A stretch of 64,000 bases of DNA, taken from positions 16,306,001-16,370,000 of the forward strand of contig CM068749.1 in assembly GCA_035084275.1 (NCBI GenBank), written 5' to 3'. Below the pieces are notes generated by a model. The model did not search any database. It saw only the letters and a list, made by a program, of their open reading frames with translations, and had not been told where the DNA came from. The DNA is from Hydrolagus colliei. Taxonomy: Eukaryota. Made by a program: the position numbers and the translations under genes. Shown piece by piece: positions 1 to 12,969 of the stretch (within the stretch, counting starts at the first letter, position 1; the number at the start of each line of letters is the position of its first letter).

Positions 1-67
1 ACTTATTGGCACAATACAGAAAAAATGCCACCCCATTTAGCATTTCTGCTGATCAAGGTTAAGCTTG

Positions 68-92
68 TATTATTATTATTATTATTATTATT
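68..92. repeat. (TAT)n microsatellite, possibly an eroded SINE tail
   Basis: About 8 perfect TAT units; the local SINE family ends in (ATT)n. Confidence 0.8.
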
Positions 93-1724
93 CATGTCCA
101 TGTATTCTTTTAGTATCAGCATTCTCTCAACTTCATGGTCAACACAGTTTATCATAATTGTATCCAGCCTTTTTACACAGAATTGAATTGCAAATTATCC
201 TTGCATTTAAAAGTAAATTTACAGGAAACCAAAAATTAATTGGAGCAGATGTGTCAAGCCAACCCCGTGTAGTGACTGAAGATGCTACAAGAATGGAAGC
301 CTCAATAAAAAGCAGATGGTTCACATCATCTCTCTATATCTCTTTTTCTAACGGTGTACGTGGAAGAATGACCATAACATATTGTTGCAGTGGATTGTGA
401 GAATAGGTTCTGCTGTGCAGAAAAACCTGGCATGAAAAGTATGAGATTCAACTCTTTTAATCCATGAAGAAATGGTCTCTTAAGATTTCTGATGGCATAT
501 GGATTTTTGTACAAGCTTGTTCCAGCAGTGTTTCGCACCTGGTGTTGTCCGGTAGAGAAGCCAGATGAAAAGCAGACAGCTGCAGTTTGTTAATGAGCAC
601 CAAACATTTTATCCTTCGTAGAATTAGAAGTGAAAGTTACACAGATCATTACTTTATGCCTTTGTGTTGCAAATATTTAGCACATCTTCCCTGTGGGTTT
701 AACAGTTTTGTGATTTTCTCCCCCCACCAAAAAAAATATTTCAATACCACAGAATATAATATAACAGCGGCTCTGGTAATCCAGTGACAAACTTCGGTAT
801 CAGTAATAACTATAATTTATTTAATCATTCTGATCACTACAGGTAACACCATTGATCCATGTCAATAACTTATGTGTTTCAATCAATAGCTCATAATTAA
901 CTCTGAAGAAGAGGAAGGTCTTGTGAGAATCCTATTGATTCTAGGCAGCATCGGAGAACTATAACTTTTTTTGGATTCCTCAAAGCGAGAGGCACCAGAG
1001 AACTATTTGTTACAACAACAGTATTTATTTTCCGAACCGCCCCCTGCCACTACGTGCGTCCACCAGGATTGCAAGACTGTGGTCGGCATTGCTATCTGTA
1101 ATTTTGTAACCTTGGTCTAAATCCAGATCTCAGCCAGATATTGAGCTACATTGTTCTCATTAACGGAGGACAGATTGTTTGCTCTCTGAAAGCAAGACTG
1201 CAAGTGCTGATACTATTGTTCTGTGTTACATGGAATGGGCTGCTTTCTCACTGATACAAATCAGTGTCTTATCAGCTCTGACATGCAAGATGATGCCATT
1301 GCATTTGCTGGAGTTCAAATGTTGAAGGTTGCTTCTCTTCAGGCAAGAGTTTGCTATTGTTGGCCACTGGGGACAAAGCTGACAGCAAGCTGAATGTATT
1401 TTTGGAGACAGAATACAAGTTTTATCTTTTAAAATATTTTTGCAAAGACACACATTCTTTAATCTTTCCATAGAATTTTTTTTCCTTCAATTTCTTCCTA
1501 TTTACCCTGCAGGATTAAGGTCAAGTCAAATAGCATTTCCTGCTCATTACTGAAACGTAATGTGATGGCACAAAGTAGGAAACTCATAATTCACATTTTT
1601 ACTGATACTAGCGGAATCTTCACCAACAACAGAGAGAGAAACGTAGTGACTGCTCTCACATATACCATCCGTGTGAACCTCATTTGTTGGATACACTTAA
1701 GGATATTTCATTTAGCTGATGGTG

Positions 1725-1837
1725 ATGCCCACATATATACAGTTAATTCACTTTACAGTACTGTATATTCTGTGAAGTGCTTTGAGGCATCTAGAAGACT
1801 TGAAAAGCGCTATATCAAATGCAAGGATTATTATTAT
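1725..1837 (+). mobile_element. 5'-truncated SINE (3' tail only)
   Basis: attcactttacagta...tctgtgaagtgctttgaggcatctagaagacttgaaaagcgctatatcaaatgcaaggattattatt matches the 3' end of the full-length SINE copies at 12670 and 54052. Confidence 0.85.
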
Positions 1838-3907
1838 TCCAAAGAAATCACTAGGAATAATACTGGAGTTTGGTATTGTATGCAGAGCAAAAGTGTAATC
1901 TTTCTTTCGTTTCGAGACATGTAGACACATCTTTTGATTTATCTGATAAATTAGGAAGTAGTCAATGATTCAAGGTATGAACAAGTGATAAGATTACTAA
2001 TCAATGAACCTCAAATCTTGCTTGAAGAATAGAACTGTGTTTTTATACAGTGAGAAAAATTAGACTGAGATACACATCGCACATATTGAGAGACCTAAAT
2101 CCTCCTTTAATCTGGGAATCATAATAGCAACCACATTCCACCAGGCCAATTAAAGGAGGGGTCGACTTGCTTTTAACTAGCATGAAGTTTGGTGTTGCCT
2201 TAAGTATAATTAAAGGATTATAGTTGTTGCTGCTGGCCTACCATAGAATAATAAGTTCAGGCATTCATTATGCTTCTCATTTAGAATTGGATGAACTGTT
2301 GGGCTGAAAAGAAAGGGGCATTTCAAAAGTTTGAAGTTGGAAACCGGCTTTCCCTGACCTTTACAGACAGATTCCACTTCGCAAAGAAACAATGGTGGAC
2401 TGTTTTATTTCCAGTGATCCTGTAGACTTTGTTCGCTGTACACAGATCCGGTTACTACTATCAGTCGTGAATGAAGAAACAATAAGCAAAAGGAAACCGA
2501 TTGTCTTTCCCTGATTCGAAAATTAAGAACAGCTCAGAGTTTGCCTTCATTATGAGCCATAGCCAGGGATTGTTTCATGTTTCCTGACCGAACTACAGCC
2601 AGTCTAATCCTCTGAAGGACTCTGAGATAATGGGTTCCTATCATGATAATTACAATTACTCAACTATGCTCCACCTCATGCAGGTGGATGTTCCAAAACA
2701 TCTTTTTGCTCTTAAATCCCAGTACGGGTGTGCTGAAATCTACAAGCTTTCCCAGTGAGGCTGGATTTTTTTTCTCTCTCTTTAAAAAGCTGGTTCCTTC
2801 ACTGCAGCAGATGTTTTATGTTATCAACGGATTATTGACAATGAATGCAGTGTGCGTTGCTGATGGATTGGGTGCCTTGGAAAGGCTTTGCAGATGATCT
2901 GTGTGCGCATATTTTTTAGACTGAGTCATTTATTGCCATTACAAACCTAAGGTGATATTAACGACCACGAGTCACACCTTTCTACTTCTGTTATAAGGTA
3001 GTTGCAAGGTGGCCCCAACTGTCTACATGTGCACTTCATTATGCCTAATTATACCAAAGTGAACTGTAATTCACTGTTAATAAAAAAAAACTGTCTGGAT
3101 GCAGACTTCTCATCGGCGCGGCACAGCAAGTCACTTTAAGAATTTTAACATTGGCTGCCTCTGCTCCGTAGATTTTTTGAAGTTATTGAAACTCGTGTTA
3201 AGTACTAGAGTTGTGCAATGTGTCCTGCAGCTAAATTGTGTGGTTGAGAAGCTTTACTGTGTTCACCAGAGATGAGGCACTTTTATCAGGTCCAAGGGGC
3301 CAATATTGCAACATAAATAACTTTCCTGTAGGCTTCATCACCTATGCCACAGAGACTCTTAATGTTCTAGAGAACAAGTTTTTAATTGACAATAAAAATC
3401 ACAGTACGTGTTTCTGCAATAAGACTTGTTGTAAAATGTTACCAAGACCACATATTATTTTCCTCTCCGTGACCTACATTGCCTGACTTTCAAAATTGCT
3501 GAAAATCAGATCATAGAAATCGCCTTTCTTTTAACACAAACTACCCTTTTTTTTCTTCTTGCCCTCAGTATGTCTTATCCACCTCTTGTGTATTCCTATA
3601 AATGACAAACTATAATTTGCCCATAAGAAGAAACAAACTTGATGTTTTGTATGAACATCTGACTTTCATGAAGAGTCAAACACACTGTGTGGATTTCCAC
3701 TCAACCATATTGTCTATTATATTGTGACATTAAGGTAATACTGTATTAGCCAAAATGATTTCAAGGTTTAAGTTTGTTATGAAATGCTAATTTAACAGCA
3801 GGGCAATTTGGGGCAAAATGAGAAAGATTTTTATAGCATCTTATCACATCTAAATATGTTTAGCTGACAGAAGTCCCAGTACCTACGGAACAATATCATA
3901 GGCACCT

Positions 3908-4790
3908 GACTATTTGTGACCAGGGTTCCCTCTGCCTCCTTGACCTATCTGCCACCTTTGACACCATGGACCATGCAATCCTCCACCATCTCAACCTTCA
4001 AGGAACTGTCCTTGACTGGTTCAGGTCCTATCTTTCATACTGTCTCCACTTTGTGTCTGCCAACGGCTTTTCCTCCAGCCCCCGGACCGTCTCATGTGGT
4101 ATTCCTCAGGGCTCTGTCCTTGGTCCCCTCCAATTCACCCTCTACATGATCCTCCTCGATAACATCATCCACAGACATGGGGTAAATTTCCACATGTACG
4201 CATATGACACCCAACTCCTTCTCTCCCTTCCACCCTCAACTCCAGGACTAACGGCGTCCTGACAGACTGCCTGTCCGATATCGAGTCCTGGAGGAGGGAC
4301 AACTTTCTTCAGCTGAACGTCAGCAAGGCCCTCTTGATTGGCTTGCAATCATCACCTCCGTACCTCGAGCATTGGCAGCATCAGCATCCATGGCTGCACA
4401 CTCATGAAACCAGTCAGGAACCTGGGTGTCTTGTTTGACCCGGAACTGTCCTTTCTCCTCCACATCCACACCATGACCTTCCACCACCTCCATAACATTG
4501 CCAGATTCCACCACTGCCTCAGCCCTCAGGCTGCCGAAACCCTCACTCATGCATTTGTCACATCAAGGCTTGACTATAGAAACTCACTACTCGTCAGCCT
4601 TCCCAGCTCTTCCCTTGACAAGCTGCAGATCATCCAAAACTCTGCTGCTCGTGTGCTCTCCCACACCAGGCTCCGTGACCCCATCGCTCCCACCCTTGTC
4701 CAACTCCATTGGGTCCCCATTCCCCCAGAGGATCGAATTCAAGATCTTCATCCTCACATTCAAGGCAATCCTTGGCTTTGCCCCTTCCTT
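3908..4790 (+). mobile_element. L2-clade LINE fragment, frameshifted RT region
   Basis: Motifs spread across frames: LLDLSATFDTMDHAIL, SCGIPQGSVLGPLQFTLYM, FHMYAYDTQL (degenerate YADD), RNLGVLFDPELSF, AETLTHAFVTSRLDY, LQIIQNSAARVL, LHWVP, RIEFKI. Several frameshifts, so a dead copy. Confidence 0.93.
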
Positions 4791-5074
4791 TTAGTAAGAT
4801 CTTGTTTCATGGTAAAGTGGCATTAATGTCAACCTTTGGATCATACAGTTTAAGGGAACACATTTCTATGAAACATTTTATATACAAATAATCATAGCAT
4901 TCATGAATTAATAGAAAGCTACAGGGCACCTATGCCTTCAGTCTTTTGGAAATCATGAGAAAATAAATAATTTTGCATTGCTTTGTTATGACTTCCCATT
5001 GTTTATCTTAGTATTTTGAAGCACGTTTCCCTCATGTCTAGCCAGGCATATTAAGCCTATGCTGACTTTTAATA

Positions 5075-5342
5075 ACTTCACATGCTGAAATGTCTCAAAG
5101 TGCTTTACAGGTAATAATGTTTAACAGGACACGCTGTAAAGTGGAGTGACAGTATGTCTTATGAGCAATTTGTAATACAAATAACGCCTCACAAATCGCC
5201 ATGAGGTGAACAATCAAGTAATCCAGAGGAATGTTGGCCAGGACATTGGGAGAATCTCCCTTCTGGTTTTTTTTAATCGTCAAGAGATTTTCAACATCCA
5301 CTTGATCAAGGCAGATGTTTTAGCTGTAAGATGGCACCTGGG
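5075..5342 (-). mobile_element. Old DeuSINE (SacSINE1/AmnSINE1-like) fragment
   Basis: Reverse-strand Deu-type blocks: tgtctcaaagtgctttacag, cctcacaaatcgccatgag, gttggccaggacattgggagaa, ttttcaacatccac, aagatggcacct. Confidence 0.7.
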
Positions 5343-5839
5343 TATAGGATGATCCCAGCTGGAAAGAAACCTAATACAGAGGAAATTGGTAGAATATTAT
5401 GATTTGTTTTGGGCTTCCTTAATTTCTTGCTGCTCAGGCACAGATTGAGTACAAATGTTTTCTCTAATTTTCAGGCTAATTGTATTTGATTAAAGAAGAA
5501 TGTTACTGTAGGTGGGAGTACAGGGAACGTAATGTACTTATCCACTTAGGGATCCCACATTCACAGCCTCTACTTTTGAATCAACTCCTGTGTGTAAAGA
5601 ATAATCTTCTACCAATATTTAGTGAAAGCAGATGCACTCCACTTCTGTCACCGAAGCATCCACAGGGAACCGCGAGGTTGGCATTAGTTTCATTTCTTTG
5701 TGCCGTTGGGACACACAAATCGCTTCATAAATCACTGCCATCCAAGAACGGAGTGGAACACAGATTCAGAAGTTCCTGGTTTAGGAAGTGAGTCACAACT
5801 CTCAAATATCTGAAGGAAAGCAGCTCCAAGCTCTGCTGC

Positions 5840-5857
5840 TGTGTGTGTGTGTGTGTG
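5840..5857. repeat. (TG)n microsatellite
   Basis: About 9 perfect TG units. Confidence 0.85.
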
Positions 5858-6707
5858 GATTACGTGGCTCAGGGCCATCAGCTAAATGTAATTGCTGGCT
5901 TGCAAGTCGCTGCAGGAACTATTTAAAAATTTGTCTTTTTCTATCCATCAATGACTTGGTCAAACATTGTTTCAGAAGCAGCAGAAATTGTGACCAATGC
6001 AAGTAGGTGGATGGTTTGTTGTGAAACTAATCTTCCTCGTACCATAGGTTTGCCTCATGCCTGATTTTTAGGCGATTTTCTAATGCTTGAGTTTCCCATG
6101 TTCATAGGCGTAAAGAAATCATGTGCATGGAAATCTATATCTAACGAGTCCAACAATTTGTGACTAAATTACTGCTCATTCAATCTACCAGGGACAGACG
6201 TGCACCTCAGCAGAATGTGCATTGGAAATAATTTACCCCTGTCGATTGAATAAAATAAAAGCTTTTAAAAGGCTCTCATTAAATATTATAACATTTAAAT
6301 TTCAGCAATGTGCCACTCTGCCTCCACTGTTCATAAGAGCATTGTTTTATGTATGCAGATCCCGAATTAATGGCATAATTTCCTAGCAATAGTTGGGCCA
6401 GCATATCACCAGTGAAGTAACGAGAAATGACTAGAATTTAATTTTAAAGGCAGGCAGGGCAAAGTGACATTATACAAATGAAATCTAAAAATATTTTCTT
6501 TGTTTGAAGATAGCTGATTTTTCTTGACCCTTAAAATTACTTTTATCTGAATCCATCTTACCACAGACAATCTTTTCATTCTATTCAGAGGTCTTAACCT
6601 GCATATTTAGGATTTATCTTTAATTTTGATTTGCAGTACTCCCGTATTTATTTCTACCTTCACTCTTTACCATTCAAAAATGGTTTGGTGTCATATCTTT
6701 GTAAATA

Positions 6708-7682
6708 CAGGTAGACCCCGCTTACCGAATGCCCGGTTACCGAAACTTCATTATAACGAGGGTTTCTATTTGTACCACTTATCCGCTTAACAAAGGCTGC
6801 TTTCGCTATAACGAATGTTGACACACACTTTAAATCTCGCAGACTCCTCATGCGCAGCTTCTCTCTGGTTGCCCCAGCAATGCACACTCAGTCTTTAGCG
6901 TGCCTCAGTTAAGCAGGGCAGTGCAGCCCCTCCTATATGGGAGGAGCTAAAGCGGCAGGATGCTTCGTGGCTTCAATAATAGTAAGTCAAGATGGGGGGG
7001 GTAGAGAGATAGGGAGGAGGGGGGGAAAGAGAGGAGTGAGGGATAGAGAGTGGGAGGGGATAGAGAGGGAGGGGAGGGGGATAGAGAGGGAGGGGAGGGG
7101 AGGGTAGAGCGATAGAGAGGAGGGGGGTATAGAGAGATGAGGGGATAGAGGGGAGGTGGGATAGAGAGGAGGGGGGGATAGAAAGATAGAGGAGGGGGAT
7201 AGGGAGGGAGGGGAGGGGGAGATAGAGAGATGGGGGGGATAGAGGAGGGTGGATAGAGAGGGAGGGGAGGGTGGGATAGAGAGGGAGGGGAATAGAGAGG
7301 GAGGGAAGTGGGCAGATAGAGAGACAGAGATGGAGGGGGAGGATAGAGAGAAAGAGAGGAGGAGTGGGGGTAGAGAGAAACAGAGGAGGGGGAGGAAGAA
7401 AGAAACGTGTCCCGAGTCGGGAAAGGCCTTGGCCCAGGTTGCGATATTTCGCTGCGGTGACCGTGAAGACCTGGCCTGGAGCAGGTAGGATTGGTATTTT
7501 TATTCCTACAATTTTTGTCATATTCCGGTTTCCGGAACTCTGGATTTTTGGCTGCTCAACCTGTACTCAGAAAATGTTAGCGCTAGGAACTAAACTGATG
7601 TTATCGGGGAGGCTTTAAAACCCTTTGTGCTTAACGAAGGGTTTTAAAGTCCCTAACCCCTTTGTTAAGCGGGGTCTACCTG
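6708..7682. mobile_element. Non-autonomous Tc1/mariner-pogo (Tigger-like) DNA transposon, 975 bp
   Basis: TA|CAGGTAGACCCCGCTTA at the left end and TAAGCGGGGTCTACCTG|TA at the right: 17-bp perfect TIR with TA target duplication. Subterminal TTAACGAA/ATAACGA-like repeats. No transposase ORF. Confidence 0.93.
6990..7402. repeat. Purine-rich (GGA/GGGATAGAGA-type) low-complexity tract inside the transposon
   Basis: About 400 nt almost only G and A on the + strand, with recurring gggatagagagg units. Confidence 0.9.
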
Positions 7683-7984
7683 TATTGCTTTGGTCATTCC
7701 TCCTCACCACTTTTGTGCAGTGTGCATCTTTCAATAACATTAGGAGTCAGTGGAGCTACCATTAACCAGGTCTCTGGTGTGAATAGCTTTCGTAAACTTA
7801 AAGGTGTGCACTTGGCTATAGGGAGAACAGTAAATATAATCACAACTACACCAATGCAAACATTAAGGAAAAGAATGCAGATGACTCAGTCTACTAATTG
7901 CTCCATATTTCAGATAATTTCTTGATGTTATATATTGATTTCTAACCTGTAATCATAACGTGTAAACATTTCAGTTGTGAAACT

Positions 7985-8203
7985 GACTGGCGAGTTCTCC
8001 CAATAGTATGACCTAATGTCATACTCACTGCACTAGGGAGTAATAGGGTCATTCACCTGTTTGTGGGACACTGCTGTGCACGTGTTGGCTACTGCATTCT
8101 CCGACAAAATATGCAGTCAGTACACTTTACAGTGTTTCCTGCAAAGCACTTTGAGACATCCTCCTGACATGCAAGGCGCCACATAAATATAAACGTTATT
8201 ATT
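7985..8203 (+). mobile_element. DeuSINE 3' half
   Basis: ctgtttgtgggacactgctgtgcacgtgttggct (Deu-type block) followed by aagcactttgagacatcctcctgacatgcaaggcgc...ttattatt tail. Confidence 0.75.
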
Positions 8204-8726
8204 TTACCTCAACTGCTTGTGAGGTTCTTGTACATTGGAGTTTTCACATAGGAGGGAGCAACAGAGCATTCTTCCATGCATAAAGTTCAAACGTGTGAGG
8301 GACATGTGTGTTAATTAGGCCACAGAAGCTGAGCACCAAAGCCTTCCTGCTGCAGTCAATGAGTCTTTGTTTGATTCAGCAGTTCCAAAATTTACAACCA
8401 GCCGCAAACGCTTTTCTATATTTATAAAGTTACCATGCCCATACATGTGGATAAAAAACCACAGATTTAGGAATCCCAGAAGAACATTCAGAAGCTGACA
8501 ATTCAGAAATTATACTTCAAGTTTCACCTCAGCACACGAGTGGCCGTCACTAAGACGTTGACACGTGAGACTCATTGTGTCAGCTTGAGCAGCGTTGGCT
8601 CAGCAATCTGGTAGAATGCCGAGTGACCTGATCAAAATCCAGCCTGTGCTTCCACTCATGTCGTAGTCTAGTCACAAGGCTGTGGAAAAACAATTTTTTT
8701 TTATTTTCAGATATGCCAAGGCAGTA

Positions 8727-8972
8727 GAACCAGAGGGCACAGGTTCACAGTTTCAAATCGCAATATCAGGACAGTCAGCAGAATGCATTTCGTTACCTAG
8801 AGGATAATTGACAACTGGAATGGGTTACCACAAAAGGTCATTTGAGGGCAGAATACTGGACTCATTTAAGAAACAGCTTGCTGCTGTAATATGAGGATGG
8901 TAGGGTAGGTGTTTTTGATGGATGAGATCAAATGGGAAGAAGGGCCTTCTTCTCATGTGAACTTGTGAACCT
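8727..8972 (+). mobile_element. Old CR1 3' end
   Basis: accagagggcac (TRGH), tggaatgggttacca (WNGLP), tttaagaaacagctt (FKKQL), then the 3'UTR gatgagatcaaatgggaagaagggccttc. Confidence 0.75.
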
Positions 8973-9029
8973 GTCAACTCTGTGTTTTTTGCAAATGCAG
9001 AAAAATCTTACCCAACAGCAAATGGTAAA

Positions 9030-9084
9030 TGAGACGCCGTCCGGCGTGGAAGGCGCTATATAAATCAAAGTTGTTGTTGTTGTT
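9030..9084 (+). mobile_element. L2-type LINE 3' terminus (extreme 5' truncation)
   Basis: gagacgccgtccggcgtggaaggcgctatataaatcaaagttgttgttg; a similar piece lies on the minus strand at 48973-49030. Confidence 0.75.
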
Positions 9085-12000
9085 GGTACTGTAATTGAGG
9101 GAGCAATCCCTATACCTTTGTTGCCTAAATAGTTTAGGTTACTTCTACTCACCATGACTAGACGGAATTCAGTCAACACTTGCCCAAACCTGCACCATTT
9201 GTCACCTTTGAACAGGTTCAATTTTATGTTTCTTTTGATCATCTTTCAGTTGAAAATGCAGTCCCAGAAGTAAAACATCCATTCTATATTTGCGAACAGC
9301 CTCATAAAAACAGAATAGTTATTCGTTTGGCAGGCACTCCATCCTCCCCAGCATAAAAGAACATAAAAATTGGGTTTCCTTTTTACTTTTTCAACTCAAA
9401 GTGAAATTGAAATTTCGTTTAGCTGAGTTCTTTCATGTTATCCAAATGTATTCACATTAAAAGGACTCTTGACCATCCCATCAGTAATTACACCATGTTG
9501 GTGACCACAAATCCAAATGTTTTCAACTATTTATAATACAGAATTCTGTCACTTTTGCCACAAGCTTTGATATTTCCTGCTATAAGACATAAATCAGATA
9601 TTGTGTCGAAAGACAAGTCCTGATTAATACTTTACCACATGTCAATATCGTAATAGGATTTCGAACCAATGTTTTAACCACATAGCAAAATAAATCATTA
9701 GAATTCTATGAAACCCATACATTTCTTATGCAATTCATTTAAATCTAAATATTTGATTTAGATGCTAAATGTGCACATTAAATAGGTTTCAGCTGGAAGT
9801 AAAATTATTCCCAATTGAATTCAGTGACAGGACCATCATGTTTTACCTAGCTTCCAGTTAGATACACATCATCAAACCTAGAGATGTTTTTTGGCGCAGG
9901 AAATTTAAATAATCTGTTACTCATGCTACGTGTATTTTAAGTTGCCTTTTCTTAGTTAATAGTGGTCTCAAAATATTCCCACTATGTGTAAGATAGCAGT
10001 ATTTATTCTTGCAAACAAAAACTTTGCATAACCATTTTGTAATTTTACATAGGGTTTATCATTAAATCAAGCTATCATCTGGAAAAGGTTTTGTTGAAGT
10101 AAAATTAATCTTAAAAATCAGATAGATGTGTGTGTTTTTCCTTTGCCGTGCTTGCTAAAAGCTATTTTGGAACCGTATTAATGCATAGCATTTAAGTGAC
10201 ACCAATTTGTTTTACTATTCATTGAGCCCATGTGAATGTTTTTGGCAACCAGGCTGGTAGTAATTTCATTGGAAAGTGGCATCCAAACTAGTTCCAAAGG
10301 TCCTTATTATTTGGACCAAGGCCTAGAATCTGGAACTTCAATCTCAGATTGTAGGAAGCAGTTCTGCAGTTCGATGTGTTTTTCTAAATCAAAATGTTAT
10401 TGCTGTTCTGAGATTATTTTTTAAAAAAGGATAAATATTAATAGAAAAATACAGATTTTCAGAAGTCTTTTAGCCACATCTTTATTCAGCCAATGACATC
10501 CCCAAATGGACTCAGTGACATGAACTCATATGTATATTTCAGGCAAGTTTCACTGTTACAACATTCAAAATAACCAACATCTAAGGAGGTGGTGTGGACA
10601 TGAATGCTGATGTTTGTGATTTATCAAGATTTGTGTCCATTGAGTAACTATTACTCTACCATACAATGTGAACGGTCATTTCATATTATAAGATGTAGCA
10701 TTCAAAAGTCATGAACTCAAATGCTAAATGATGGCCAGCAAATTTATTTTCATCACGTTTCTCGCTTTTGAACATGAAGGAGAAGACCAACAAAGGTTAG
10801 AAATTAAACTGAAATTAAACTGATCTTTGTCACTGTCTGCAATTACATTCTGGTTAGCAAATTTGTCAGTGTATAGAACAATTTCAGACCCAAGGCAGAA
10901 TTTTTAGTTTTCTTATGTAGTCGGACAAATCCTATGGAGTCCTATGGAGCTGATCGTCTTAAAGCTGATCTGTGCCATCAATTGTGAGCTACTAATTGTT
11001 CAAACTAGTTTTTGACTGGGTAATGTTGTTACCTAACATAGTTAGGGAAAAGTTTGCATAGCATTCATTGTAGTCCCAGTCACTTAGCGGATTGTAATTG
11101 CCGTTCTGTTTTGGTACTGACCCTGAAATTCTTCACTATTATTGGCGTATTGTGGATCCCAGCTGGAACTAACTGCATAACGTCATTACAGAAAGTTTGT
11201 AAGAGCACAAAATCAGCAACAAATTACATTTGTTAGCCCCTTTCACGTCAGGAGGATGTCTCAAGGCGCTGCACAGTCAGTGTTTCATAGTAGTGTCACC
11301 GTCACATTACCTGCGATAGAGTGTGGGCTGCTGCAACACACTGCAAAATGCCAGGGCACAATACTTCTCCGTGCGCCAGCCACATTTGTGTGGATGCCAA
11401 TTGTGGATGTCACCTTTTTTTAATCTAATATTAAATAGGCTGTGTATAGTGACATGTGACCTTTGTGAACCAAGAGCTGCTCGATTCTGTAAGAGGAAGT
11501 GTTGGACCCAGGGCTTTGAAGAAATGGGATATTCTTCTACTCAGCCTTGGAAATATTGTAGACATGGTTGCCTGACTGGGGAAGCTTATAATAGCAGACA
11601 AAGTTCTTTTTATATATGCAAGATTATTTTTCACAAGAAAAAAAGTCACCAATAATGCTATGGTAGCGATTTATTCTGAGCTATTCTTTTATATCTTGTA
11701 AATCTATGGAGCTCGAATTCCTGTAATATTTATTGACACAACAGATATGAACTGAAAGTTCTAAGCTTTAGACCAACATTGTAATCATTTGAAATGATCA
11801 GAACTAAAGAAATAAGCCATTTACATTACTTTAGCTTTGTTTATTTCCCTCCACTGTCAGTTATTACTTTAAAAACTCATCGACTGGTATCAGCAGCTGG
11901 TACTTTGTGCTGTGTGGGGCTATTTTAATCAGATTTACTGTTGCATATAATGAGTTACTACTGACAGTAATCCGTACTTGTGCCAATTGCCACTGTTCTA

Positions 12001-12669
12001 CATACTGAAAATAAGCCTACCACTGTATGAGTTTATCAACCATACTGCATTTCCACTAAAATGCTAAATAACTTGGTCTAACTAATAAATGAGAAAATCT
12101 CCCATTGATGTTGCTTACAAATTTAATCTTAATTGAGGTATGGTTCAATACCACTGATATTTAACAAGAAAAGCCTAAACATTGTAAACACAAATGTTTG
12201 TTACAATTGGACACTAACGCAATGAATTGAATATAACTTTAAAAGTACATTAGAAACAGGAAGATCATTAAGGAGAAAGAAACGTGTTGATAGGACTTGG
12301 TTTCATGAAACAGGAGTGGGTGGCAAGTGGCAATTCCTTATTGCTCCATAAATAATAAGGATTGTCTCACTTGCAAACATCTCCAGTCACTATAAATGAA
12401 TCACACTATGGACGTTACACAGTGTACAGTGTCCAAGCGCATTAAGGATGGTACAAGATGTGCTTCTGCAAAGAGTTGCTATTCAGCAGGTGTTATTCCA
12501 TTACTGAATTCCTTTATCCTTTTGGGATGATACATTGCACATATACCAAATTCCAAAGCATAAATGTATGAAAACTTGATTCATATTTCTGCAGCAATCT
12601 GAAGTATGTTAGGAAAACAGATTCATTGGGATTCTTGAACTTCAAATGAGAACACTGTCGGACAAATCC

Positions 12670-12969
12670 TATGGAGTCCGGTTGCTCAGTGGTTAGAGCA
12701 CTCGCTTTGTAAGCAAGAAACCTAGGTTCAATTCCAGGCAGAGCAAAACCTTAGGCAATTTTTCTAACTCACAACATCTGATAATAATCCCTAAAAAATA
12801 ATAATATTGGTCATTTCAATCCACAACTGTTTGTGGGAGACAGCTGTGCACGATTAGCTGCCGCGTTTCGCCGACAAAAATACAGTCACTTCCAGAATAT
12901 TCTGTGAAGTGCTTTGACACATGTAGAAAATGTGAAAAACGCTATGTCATATGCAAGGAATTATTATTA
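12670..12969 (+). mobile_element. Full-length tRNA-derived SINE (tRNA head + Deu-type domain + L2-type tail)
   Basis: A box ttgctcagtggttagagc, B box ggttcaattcc, aaaccttaggcaa, gtttgtgggagacagctgtgcacgattagctgccgcgtttcgcc, tail gtgaagtgctttgac...atgcaaggaattattatt. Confidence 0.9.

Noticed and set aside
120-590. Exon-like unique sequence at the window start
   Set aside because: Frames are short or closed, with no recognisable peptide or matched splice sites.
3966-4826. ORFs with RT-like text as a functional gene
   Set aside because: Frameshifted L2 remnant with a degenerate catalytic motif (YAYD).
6973-7521. 182-aa Pro/Leu/Ser-rich ORF and overlapping Gly/Arg/Glu-rich ORFs
   Set aside because: Translation of the purine-rich low-complexity tract inside a MITE.
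12670-12745. tRNA gene call (also 54265-54338, 37600-37673, 24430-24503)
   Set aside because: A and B boxes are present but there is no proper acceptor stem, and each continues into the SINE body and tail.
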